From contig MU057887.1 of NCBI GenBank assembly GCA_013265495.1, forward strand, positions 1,929,319 through 1,949,318: a stretch of DNA of 20,000 nucleotides. Direction: 5' to 3'. Under the pieces are notes generated by a model. It had not been told where the DNA came from and did no database searches. It was given only the letters and a program-made list of their open reading frames with translations. The stretch comes from Vicugna vicugna (Eukaryota). This document shows positions 1 to 9,745 of this stretch, piece by piece. The position numbers and the translations under genes are program-made. The stretch's first letter is position 1. Each line of letters opens with the position of its first letter.

Positions 1-669
1 CTGGGTGGACCGTGTCTGGGGACCCGTGACATCCGCAGATACTGGACGTTCCTCTTGGGCTGGTGGGGTTCCCCCAGCGGTTCTTCTGAGACAGGAGGGA
101 AGGGGACAGGGCACAATCACTAAAGAAATGACCCAGCCATTTAGCACCAAGGTGATGGAAAACTCAGCTCCCAATAGAGCTGGAGGCCCAGGGTGGCGGG
201 AGATTCGCCCTCCAGTGGGCTTTGAGCTTCATTGTCCGCATTGCAACGTCCATCAGCTCTGCTGGGACGCCTGGCCCAGAGTCTGTCCTCCTTCTCCGCA
301 GAGTAAACCCAAACTTCCGCCAGGGTGGACGTGCCCCGGGGTGCAGGGAGCGCGCAGGACTCACAGCCCCTCGTGCGCTTCACCCAGTCCTCTCCGCCCC
401 GCCAGCCTCCTTTCGTCTCGGCTTCCAGAAGTGCCCGGTGTCTCAGTGGCTGACCTCGTTGGTCTGATCAGTTCTCGCATTTCCGGGCTGTAGGCTTGGG
501 CTTTGGCTCTCTCAGGCCAGACGAGCTGCTCAACTGCCCACGTGGGCGGCACCGGTGCCTGGTTTGCGTTGGTCCCTCAGAGTCTGTTTCACTGAGTGAA
601 TTGATGGGAATGACCAGCTGGCCTGGCCTCCCTGTGCCCCTCACTGCGAGCACGAGACACAGATCCTCC

Positions 670-860
670 CCTGAGCAGGCCTGGTGCCCCAGGGCCTGGG
701 GGAGGGGGCGGGGCAGGTGCTCGCACCCCCAGCGCCTCCGGGGGGACCTGAGCAGGCCCGGGGCTGGCGGGGCTGGCGGGGCCGGCGGCAGCGGCGCGGC
801 GCGGCAGGAGCCGGGCTCCGCAGGATGGGGGGGTCATTAGCCAGCGTGACGTCCACGACA
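670..860. promoter_or_regulatory. CpG-rich promoter-like patch (GC box, G4 motif, CRE-like site)
   Basis: Dense CpG; GGGGCGGGGC at 705-714; four G-runs at 692-713; 9-bp unit GGGGCYGGC x3 at 760-786; GTGACGTC at 846-853. Confidence 0.35.
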
Positions 861-909
861 CACCTTGAGCTGCACCCACGCACTCACCGTCCCCAGCTGC
901 TAAATAAAT

Positions 910-1135
910 AGTTCAAAAATTTGTAGATACTGACAGGCGTATGCAGAATAGATAAATAATATTATACTGTGTAGCACAGGGAAATAGATACAAGATCTGG
1001 TGGTAGCTCACAGCGAAAAAGAATGTGACAATGAATATATATATGTTCATGTGTAACTGAAAAATTGTGCTTGAGACTGGAATTTGACAACATTGTAAAA
1101 TGACTATAACTCAATAAAAAAAGGTTAAAAAATAA
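910..1135 (+). mobile_element. 5'-truncated young LINE-1 3' end (camelid L1_Vpa-like)
   Basis: Typical artiodactyl L1 3'UTR terminus (ATACTGTGTAGCACAGGGAAA...AACTGAAAAATTGTGC...CATTGTAAAATGACTATAACTC), AATAAA at 1113-1118 and an A-rich tail. It is homologous to the reverse complement of 19788-20000. Confidence 0.9.
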
Positions 1136-1583
1136 TGAAGACTGTGCTTGTAAGCCCGGCCTCCCCCCAGCCCCCTGCGATGGGCAGGCTTTGTCTCTGT
1201 GCTCTGAGCAGCCCCTCCTGGTCCGCTGGGAGGATGTGCGCTCGGTGGCCGGGCCTTGGTGACAATGGCGCTTCCGGGAGACCAGGGCCCCCTGATGGTG
1301 GCTGGGGACAGCTCAGGGTCTCCTTGGCCTTCCCACCAGCCACGGAAGGTTCTGGACGTCCTGCGCTGGGGCTGAGAGGCTTGGCCTCCTGGGTGTCGCT
1401 CCTGCAGCCCAGCCCCGAGCCCACGGCTCGAGCTCCCGGGTGAGAACCGCTTTCTCGGGGCAGGCTGTTCTTTCGCTGGCAGCTTCCCACGGCAGCCGGG
1501 TGCCTGCCTGCACATGTGAACACGCTTTACTCGGTGCTGTGTTGTCTTCCTGCAGCTTTCATTTTCTTATTCTTTTCTTCCAG

Positions 1584-1828
1584 AGAGACGGAAGCCACTT
1601 TGAGTGAAGAAGTCATTCACTGAGGGCACGGTGTCCGTGTTTGGTATTGGAACCACCCGAAGTCAGGGATCCACAGGACTGATGCTCTCTCTGGGCGGAA
1701 ACCAGGAAGCGGGAACCCAGAGAACCGGGTGTCCCTGCCTCCCAGCAGGAAAGACGCAGGGTTTCAAGCGACCCAAGCGGCCCCAGTCCGGGAGCAGCGT
1801 GTCATCAGCTCCGCGCGAAGTGGCCGAG
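1584..1828 (+). other. Candidate non-coding or 5'UTR exon
   Basis: A long polypyrimidine tract ends in CAG at 1583, and a perfect donor GAG|GTAAGT lies at 1828/1829. All three frames hit stops within 40 nt of the acceptor. Confidence 0.4.
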
Positions 1829-1869
1829 GTAAGTTTCAATCCGGCGTGTTGGCCAGTGGAGGCTAGTGG

Positions 1870-2155
1870 TCCACATCGCCCCCCAGGGATCAGCTGCTGG
1901 CCGTGTGGGTTGTTCCCACACTTGGCTGTTGCGAATAAGGCTGCCATGAACACGGGAGTGCAGCTGCCTTTTTGAGACCCTGCTTTCAGTTCTTTGGGGT
2001 TTATACCCAGAACTGGGCTTGCTGGATCACATGGTGGTTCTGTTTCTAATTTTGGAGTAAGCTGTGTACTGTTCTTGACAGCGCTGCGCCCTCGAGGAGT
2101 CCCATCACAGTGCGCAGGGCTCCGCTCTCCCACGGCCCCACCTCCACCTTGTTAA
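1870..2155 (-). mobile_element. Ancient L1 (L1MB-like) ORF2 C-terminal remnant
   Basis: The minus-strand translation KLETEPPCDPASPVLGINPKELKAGSQKGSCTPVFMAALFATAK matches the L1 ORF2p C-terminal motif (ELPYDPAIPLLGIYPKELK...CTPMFIAALFTIAK). Confidence 0.9.
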
Positions 2156-2374
2156 AATACTGTGTTGCAAGATGCACTCCTGCAGGAGACGCTGCCCCAC
2201 GTTCTGGACGGGAGGAGCCCCGCCCGTCAGGAAGGGCGCCCCGGCCTGGCTCTGTCCCCTCAGGTCTCTGAGACTCCGGGGGACTGGAGGGAAGGGCCCC
2301 TTCTGGTGCACGGCCTCCCTCGGCTGCAGCAATTCTCCAAACCAGAGCAGTCACAGGAAGGAGCCCACGGTGCC

Positions 2375-2673
2375 CGCGTGCATCTGCACGTATGTGCACA
2401 CATGTCCACTTGTACCCATGTGTGTATCTGCACACACCCGTGCACACGCACACACGTCTGCAGGTGCACACACATGTGAACACGCAGGTGCCCCCGTGCA
2501 TCAGCGTGTGTGCTCAGGGACACATCACACACGTGTTGGCACGTGCACCTGTGTGTATCTGCATGCACAGGCACACGTGCACAGATGCTGGTGCTCACAC
2601 ATGTGAGCACCTGCACACACCCACAGACGTGCTCCCCTGGATGTGTGCCTTACCGACGGTGCCCTGCACACCC
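2375..2673. repeat. Cryptic CA/TG low-complexity repeat (GTGCAC, CACGTG and ACATGT rich)
   Basis: Near-continuous purine/pyrimidine alternation with many short palindromes. Confidence 0.85.
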
Positions 2674-2701
2674 GTGTGTGTGTGTGTGTGTATATGTCTG
2701 T

Positions 2702-2743
<42 letters not shown>

Positions 2744-2839
2744 CTGTGTGTCTGTGTGTGTGTGTGTGGTCTGTGTGTCTGTGTGTGTCTGTGTGTGTGT
2801 GTGTGTGTCTGTGTGTCTGTGTGTGTCTGTGTGTGTGTG
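2674..2839 (+). repeat. Compound (TG)n/(TC/TG)n microsatellite
   Basis: About 165 bp of TG repeats interrupted by TC or TA. Confidence 0.97.
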
Positions 2840-3092
2840 GGGGGGGGCATCAGCCCTCACCTCCCCCTTCGCTCAGGGAGCTGCCGGAATGGCTGTAAGG
2901 TCTTTGTCAGTCTGGCCTCCAGGACTTGCGCAGTTTTCAACAAAAAGTGCACCTGCTTTTGGCACCTGCTGCAGGGAGTGTGGGTCTGTGTCTGCTCCGA
3001 GCGCTTCCTCTGAGGCTGTGGGCCCCTGGAGGGGACGTTGCCCAGGGAGACGCAGGCGGTGGAGGAGGCCTGCGGCTGGGAGGAGTGGGCGA

Positions 3093-3185
3093 CTTCCTTC
3101 CACCCTCTCTGCCTTCCTCCCTTCCTCTCCTTCCTGCCCTCCCTCCCTCTCCTTCCTGCCCTCCCTCCCTGACGTCCCTCCTCCC
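3093..3185 (+). repeat. CT-rich (CCTT/CCCT)n low-complexity polypyrimidine tract
   Basis: CTTCCTTCC...CCTCCCTCCCT; nearly all pyrimidines. Confidence 0.85.
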
Positions 3186-3900
3186 GTGGCTCCTTCCACC
3201 TTGTGCCACGACCCCGCCCGTCTCCCAGCCCGGCTCTCTCTGGGGTGCAGCCTCGTGCACGTACCCGGATCCCTATGGGGAGGACACGCTCCTGACTGCG
3301 GGCAGACACGCCCGCTCCCAGAGCAATGGGCGACCGCAGCAAGCTCTGCCCCCGCCCCCCAACCAGTGCCCCCAGGGCTCCGGAGCACAGCCAAGGGGCG
3401 GATATTCCTTCTGCGGCGGGAAGCGGGCATCACGGTAGAAACACCGAGCGGGCTTCTGAGGGCTCAGCTTTTGCAGTTTCTGCTCTGACTTATTTAGGGA
3501 ACGGGACATTCTTGCTTAGGGAGTAGATTGTTTGACTCATATCAAGACACGGTGAACGACACGGAGGCTCCTGGATGACGTAAACGCCTTTCTGATGTTG
3601 CCTGGGCTTCTGGAGCCATTCTTGCCTGAGGAGGCTTCCTCTAAAGGGACAGATGTCCACGCGAGGGCTGGAGCACAGACACCCCGCTGGAAGCTGTTAG
3701 AAAAAAGATGTTTGTTCCCTGAACAGGCCGGGACTCACAAGACAAGAGTGAGGGTTTGAATGAGCGAGTGGTACTCTCATTCCTGGGGTCTGCATGTAAA
3801 ACCCGTCAACAAAACGGATGCATCAGATTCCTCCCCAGTTAGAGGGAACCGGTTCTTGGCTCTTGGGAAGGTGGGGGCAGGCTCTCTGCACCTCTGTCCC

Positions 3901-4100
3901 CAGCAGCTGACCACAGAGAACTTGCTGTCTGCCAAGAACTCACATATAGTTTCTCATTTAACCTGCACAAGGCATTACCATCCTCATCTGAGAGAGGCGG
4001 GGACTGAGGCTCGGAGTCGGGGCGGGGCTTGTCCCAGGTGCAGAGATGGTCCGTGTCACAACCAGGTTGTATGCTCCTTCTTGTCTGACTGCAAAGCTCA
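3901..4100 (-). mobile_element. MIR SINE remnant
   Basis: CTCATTTAACCTGCACAA...CATCCTCAT...GACTGAGGCTCGGAG...TTGTCCCAGGT...GTCTGACTGCAAAGC resembles the reverse complement of the MIR consensus. Confidence 0.7.
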
Positions 4101-4224
4101 AGTTCATAAACAAACGTTTATTTAGCAATTGAAATGATTTCGGTCCTTTAGGTATGTGAAGGAGAGATCTTGGAAAGAAATGAAACCCCAGAGACATTTG
4201 TATCTAATGAAGGCACAGTCATTT

Positions 4225-4844
4225 TGTCACCGAGTCCAAACCCATTTTGCTCGCCACACAGCAGACTAATAAATTGGGAGACGAGGTGTTGGGGCAGGAA
4301 TAATGATTTTACTTGGAAAGAAGGCAGACCGAGAAGATGGGGGACTAAGGCCCTGGAGAACCATCTGCCCCAAGTCAGAATTCAGGCTCCTTTTATACTA
4401 AAAAGGGGAGGGGGTGTGGCTGGCTGTTGCAAACTTCTTGGTGTGGGAATCCTTTGTTCTTGCAGCCGTCCGCGTGGGTCAGGTCAGGATGTCCCTGTAA
4501 ACCTCCAACAAGACATGTTATTCTAGGGAGGAGGGCGCGGCTCAGTGGCAGAGCACATGGTCAGCACGCAAAAGGCCCTGGAGGCAATCCCCAGTGCCTC
4601 CATTAAAAACATAGACAAATATTTTTCTTTGTTCTGCAACTTGGTATCACTAGATGAATGGAAAAGTGTCACACCCTTAAAGGTCAGAGCCTTGAGCGTG
4701 GGCTCGCCTGTGTATTTCAGGCTCCAGGAAACATTCTTTTACAGAAGGAGCAGAACCAGCACGTCTGAGCCCGGGACACGGAGCCCAGGGCAGAGCCAAA
4801 GGGGCAGGTCTAATACGGAGACTGACGTGTTCTTCCCCGTCACA
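4225..4844 (-). mobile_element. Solo ERV1-class LTR (MER41-like cetartiodactyl family), interrupted by a SINE
   Basis: TG...CA ends (TGTCAC at 4225, GTCACA ending 4844); 4-bp flanks ATTT/GTTT; minus-strand TATAAAA at 4391-4397 and polyA-like AGTAAA at 4308-4313. Confidence 0.8.
4526..4608 (+). mobile_element. tRNA-derived SINE (Vic-1-like) nested in the LTR
   Basis: GGGAGGAGGGCGCGGCTCAGTGGCAGAGCACATG...CAATCCCCAGTGCCTCCATTAAAA; degenerate TSD AGACATGTTATTCT / AGACAAATATTTTTCT. Confidence 0.88.
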
Positions 4845-5329
4845 GTTTACTCAGTCATGGAAGGTTTTCCAGGCGTGCTCCGGCCAGGGCTGGAGCTGCG
4901 GACCAGGCCCTCCTCTCAGTGATGGGTACCAGCGTCCATTATATTCCAAATGTGAATTAAATTCAAAAAGTATTTCTCTTTTTGCCCTGGCTGCCGGTAA
5001 GCTCAGAGCTAGATTTTGACCACCTGTAAGTTCCTTTTTTTTTTTGTAATTTTTATTTGCTCATCTACTAATTTTGATATTTTAAAATAGCCTAAATGAA
5101 GGTGGTTCTTTGCGATGCTCAGCCCCAAGCCCTTCTCAGAAGTCCTGGATTATACACGCCCTGGATCCTTCTTACAGAGAAACAAGTAAATTACAAGCAG
5201 TTATTCACATTCTGCTTGTTTATGGACATGGAGGGACACGCGGAGGGCCGTTGTCTGGGTGAGACGGAGCCCTGTGGATGGAGGGGGATTGTGGCCCCAC
5301 GCACAGCGCCAGCCCTGCCTTCACTTTTA

Positions 5330-5620
5330 TTCACCTCTAAATCAACACGAGAACTATCTGAAGTACCAGGAGGAAAGAAAGACTTAAAAAGACCAAGTGT
5401 ATTACAGGAGAGCAATGACTTCTCGGGCCACTTGTCACTTCGAGTGGAATACGTTAACAAAGCGCGGTAATAAGACGGGCTACTAAAACATGATTTATTG
5501 ATACTTGAGACCTGCTCAAACAGGTTAATGTCAATACAATTAGCTCCTGGATGGAGGCAGCCCCCGTCGAGGGAAAGTTGGTAAAACAGCATTAACCGCC
5601 ACTGCATCAAAGACAGGGGA
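5330..5620. promoter_or_regulatory. Candidate developmental enhancer (PBX-HOX, MEIS and TCF motifs)
   Basis: AT-rich unique island with TGATTTAT 5491-5498, TGTCA at 5433 and 5529, CAATTA at 5537 and CATCAAAG 5605-5612. Confidence 0.4.
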
Positions 5621-6289
5621 GGGGCTGCGAGGACCTGAACCACCGGGGAGGGAAGAGAAAGGTTCTTTCACCCCCTCGGCTCCGTGGCCCCCCCGGACCT
5701 CACCCTGAGGACCCCACAGGCTGAGTCGGGCGGCTCTAAGAAATGGTTAGTTTATCTGGATGGCACGTGGCTCTGCTATTTCATGGCTGGATGACTTCTG
5801 AGCACCTTGGGAGAGTGTCAAGCAATTGTTTTGCTGGGAAAATGGGTGGGGAAGAGAGGTGAGCCACCAGGAGCCCTCAGCAAGGCGCAGAGCTCAGGAG
5901 GCCAGCCCTGGAGGGAGCCTGGTCTCCCCTCGGTCCGGGGTGCAGCTGTGGGCTCTGGGCAGGGCCTGCGCCGGCCTGGCATGGGGGCCACCCGGCACCT
6001 GCTGAGCCCTGGTGCCCACCTCTGCCCCAAGGGGCCACTCTTTCGGGGAGCTGGACGCAGGCTGGTTGGCCTTCCTGTCCCCTGGCTGGTTGTCAGGGTC
6101 TCTCTGTCCCTGCGAGAGCTGGACAGCCGTGGTGTCACTGTCCCCATCCGCAAAGAGGTGTTGGAAAGGGCTGGCTGCTCTCCTGGGGGAAGAGTGCACG
6201 GGATGAGAACGCAAATGGGGAGTGTGGTGACATTTCCATCTCCTGCCCCCATCCCTCTGCTCCCCAGGGGCAGCTGCTCCCACCGGGTT

Positions 6290-6400
6290 TTGGTTTATCT
6301 TCTGGAGTGGCCCCGCCCCGGGACGAGAGATCGGCTCTGCACCTGTCTGCTACTGTTCACCGCGTGCACACAGCATCCGGGGTCATGGGACAGGCGCCAC
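6290..6400 (+). mobile_element. Possible L2 3'-end remnant
   Basis: TGTCTG...TGTTCACCGC...CACAG...AGGCGC weakly resembles the L2 3' terminus. Confidence 0.35.
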
Positions 6401-6689
6401 CGCGCCCAGACCCTGGTGACTTTCCAATTCAGAGGCTGAGCGCGTGCTCCCATGGGGACCTGTCCTTCCTGGGGCACCTCTTGGAGCTGCTGCTCAGATG
6501 GGAGGCTTGTCCCTTCTGCTGGCTTGTCCTTGGCCCAAGGGAGTCACGCGGTCAGGTCCCTTGTCATTGGGTGGGGGTGTGGCCTCTCTCCTGGAAGATT
6601 TTTGAATTGTAAGCACCAGGCGGGGGGGGGGAATCCTCTCAGGGAAGAGGGAGTTAATAATTAAAGACCAGAGAACATTCTAGGACAAC

Positions 6690-6790
6690 AGTGTGCCTAG
6701 GAGATCTTCCAGATCAGCACAGAATTGCAACTCATTTTTCTGGGACTGCTGGTATCCGTTACATGTATATAGAATGGTTTATTCTGTCTT
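6690..6790 (-). mobile_element. Ancient L1ME-like fragment
   Basis: GGAGATCTTCCAGATCAGCACAGA...CTCATTTTT...CTGCTGGTATCCGTTACATGTATA resembles the antisense L1ME 3' region. Confidence 0.55.
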
Positions 6791-7016
6791 TTTATTCTTT
6801 AAGGCATTTTGAAGTCCCAGCAGCCTGACCCCAGAGCCACACCCCTACCCACTGTGCTACCCAGCCTCCCGGAACCCCCGTTACCTTCTGAATTGGGTGC
6901 ACACTCTGCAATCTAGAGATTTAATGCTTCAAAAAACCCAGCGTCTCCAGGATCTAATTTTGCCAAGCCTCTGAATCAAGGTGTCTCAGCTTCTCGGAGC
7001 CTCTGTTCTGAAAAGG

Positions 7017-7314
7017 TTTTTTTATTTTGTTTTTTTTTTTTTTTTTTTATTGAAGTACAGTCAGGTTACAATGTGTCAGTTTCTGGTGCACAGCATTGTG
7101 TTTCAGTCATACACATACATGCATGTGTTTGTTTTCAGATTCTTTTTCATTGTGGGCGACTACAAGATATTGAATATAGTTCCCTGTGCCGCACAGGAGG
7201 ACCTTATTGTTTATCTATTTTATACCCAGTACAGACTCACAGACATGGTAAACAAACCTATGGTTATCGGGGGAAAAGGGGGTGGGAAGGGACAAATTGG
7301 GAGTTTGAGATTTG
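7017..7314 (-). mobile_element. Young L1 3' end with 5' inversion (twin priming)
   Basis: Poly-T plus antisense L1 terminus at 7017-7230 is joined directly to a sense-oriented upstream 3'UTR piece at 7231-7314 (ACAGACTCACAGACAT...GGGAGTTTGAGATTTG); TSD-like TGAAAAGGTTTTT / TGAAAGGGGTTTTT. Confidence 0.88.
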
Positions 7315-8323
7315 AAAGGGGTTTTTATGAGCCCAAGTCCCCAGCCGTCCATTTGGAATGTGAGCCAGAGGACCCATGATCCTGATGACCAGACAGAGGT
7401 CCAATGGAGGTGGAGAAGCCTGGCAGGCCTCGGGTGGGCAGGGGGCACCTGTGGGCAGAGTGCCCGCCTCGCCCCCCTTGGAGGTGGGTCTCTGGGGTCT
7501 GGCGCTTGGCTGCTCTCTGTGGAAGAGGGCTGGGGGTGGGGGACGCTGGTGTCGGAGCTGCATGTCAGGTCTGGGTGGGCAGTGGAGGTGGTGTGGGCTG
7601 GCCCGGCCCTGCTGCCTGTTTGGGGGTAGCTGTGTGGTACCCCCGGCTGGGCTTGTCTTCTGGGTGATCATGGGTGTGACCCAGGGGCATGGGAGGTCGG
7701 GATGGAAGCGGGGGGCCCTGCTGGCTGGGTCACCACAGGACCTGGCTTGTCTCAAGCTCCCTCTCCTCCACTCCCTCCCAGGGACCCCAGGCCCCTGTTC
7801 CCTGCACAGACTGACTTCCTCCCATCCCCGGGTCAGCCCTGTCCGCGATCAGTGTCCCCTCTGGGCCCGTGTCCTGGGCCCCACGGCTCAGCGTGCAGGG
7901 CACCGTTGTGGATGAAGGTTCTGCTCCTTGAAGCCCAGGGCTCAGGAGAGAGGGCCCGATTGGGCCTGCGGGGGTCGCTGCCCACCGCTCGCCCCCTCCG
8001 CCTTGCCCGCTGGAGTCGGGTGGCCTACGACTGGGGCGGAGACGGTGGGTGCCTGGCCCAGCGGCTCTTTCTCGTGCACTGGACTCTGTTGCTCGAGACC
8101 ACACTTGCCAGCTCGTTCCAGGAGGACACTTCCCCGCAGAGCTCAGACTTCATTTATGAAAGCAGACGATGCCGAAGAGGGAGAGCGCGTGCACAGGACA
8201 GCCCTGCACAGGTCCGAGGCCGCGCGGGGGCGTCAGGGAGCCCGGCGCGGCGGGAGGGGCGCCTCACGAGGAAGGGGGGGGGGAGCCGGGAGACCCGCCT
8301 GGAAAGGGTACCTGGACAGGTGA

Positions 8324-8463
8324 TTTTTTTGTTGTTTCCTTTATTACTCCTTAAAGAAGTCATAGTTGATTTACGATGTGGAGTGGGTGACTCAGCCCTA
8401 CATACGTGTTCTTTATCGTATTCTTTTCCTTACAGGGTACAGGGAACTCTGTTCAGTAGCTTG
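8324..8463 (-). mobile_element. Degenerate short L1 3' end, probably also 5'-inverted
   Basis: T-rich tail, antisense GAAGTCATAGTTGATTTACGATGT...TTCTTTTCCTTACAGG, then sense-like TACAGGGAACTCTGTTCAGTAGCTTG; flanks GGACAGGTGATT / GGGGAGGTGACT. Confidence 0.65.
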
Positions 8464-9314
8464 GGGAGGTGACTGTAACTTACGAATTTGTAGGGAAGAA
8501 GTGAGGCCGGGTCAGGAAAAAGCACAGTGATTCTGTGGCACAAGCTAACTCCTGAGGCCGGCCTGACCTCGCGTGCTTGTGCAAGAACGTTCATGAAGGG
8601 AACCGCAGGGGGGCCCATCGTCCAGCCTGCCTACCTGCGAGGCCCCCGGGGCGGCCCTCCGGGTGGACCGGCCACCTGGCGGGGGGGTGCGTCCAGGCCT
8701 TGTCCTGCGACGAGGAGGCGCCATGGGCAGGTCTGGGTGGGCTCAGGACTGGGAGACGCTGGGTTTGCGGCTAGAGAGGGGATGGGGGCCACCCTGGGCC
8801 CGTGCCTGCCTGGCGTTCCCAGTGTTCCCAGCTCCTGTGTTGGGGATGGCGGGGGGCGTGGGGGGGTTCAGGCTGCAGGGCGTCGGGGTGGGATGCGGGT
8901 AGAGGCTGTGAGCAGGTCCCTGCTGCTTCGGGGCCCTGGGATGTCCCGGCTCGGAGGAGGCGGGTCAGAGCCCTCGGCCTCCCTTGTGCGGGAACGCGTG
9001 CAGGTGAGCATCAGAAGCCGCAGAGGCAAGACAGCGACTCCCGCGCCGACGCCCCGGGGCGAGCGTAGCCGACTCCCCTCGCTGACGGGGGCAGCCACTC
9101 CGCGCCGTCCTTACCTCCGGGCGTGACCGGAGGCGGTTCTCTTTATGGAGTTATTTCCCTTTCGCTGAGGGTGACATTTCCTCCTGACAGACACGCTTGT
9201 GCAGTGGAACAGCGACAGCTCACAGGGCGAGCGCCGAAGCCAGGCCAGGTTGCGCCGAGCCCGGCGTCCGCTCCTCCCACTGGCCCCACACACCCCGCGT
9301 TAACCAGTGAAACT

Positions 9315-9360
9315 GTTGTCACCCCAATTTTCAGATGAGAAAAGAAAGGTTAAAGTAAAA
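9315..9360 (-). mobile_element. MIR core fragment
   Basis: TCACCCCAATTTTCAGATGAGAAAA...GGTTAAAGTAA resembles the MIR core. Confidence 0.55.
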
Positions 9361-9745
9361 GAAAAGCGTGAGGAATTAGACGGCCTGCCCGGGGTTGTGA
9401 GTCCCGGTGGAGCCAGCAGGTAAATTCACACAGAATTCGGGACAAAATCCTGAATCTGGGGCGGGCGTGGAGAGAACCCATCGCTGCGTAGTCCTGCCCG
9501 CTCCCAGCGGGTCCCCCCCGCCCAGCACCAGCCTCGAGTCCGAGGCCCTGGCGGGACACCTGCTGTCTTCCCAGCCCGATGATGTCATTTGTCCATGTGT
9601 CCAGGGCAGGGACCGCCTCCAAGGGTCCCTCCAGGATCACAGGAGAATAAGCGTGAACGAGGGGTGCAGTGCGGGTGAGTGTTTGTTGTGACCACATTTC
9701 CGCTTCTCTATCTTGGAGATCACACTGCTTAAGCGATCTGAAGAC

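Noticed and set aside
140..160. REST/NRSE-like TTTAGCACC
   Set aside because: Only an imperfect left half-site is present and the GGACAG right half is absent.
1663..2133. 156-aa minus-strand ORF with real protein similarity
   Set aside because: It is a decayed L1 ORF2 C-terminal fragment only, with no RT or EN domain, so it is not a gene.
2392..3488. Cys-Val and His-Thr repeat ORFs resembling metal-binding proteins
   Set aside because: They are direct translations of the TG/CA microsatellite.
8523..8550. CACAGTG heptamer suggesting a V(D)J recombination signal
   Set aside because: There is no ACAAAAACC-like nonamer at 12 or 23 spacing and no V, D or J segment nearby.
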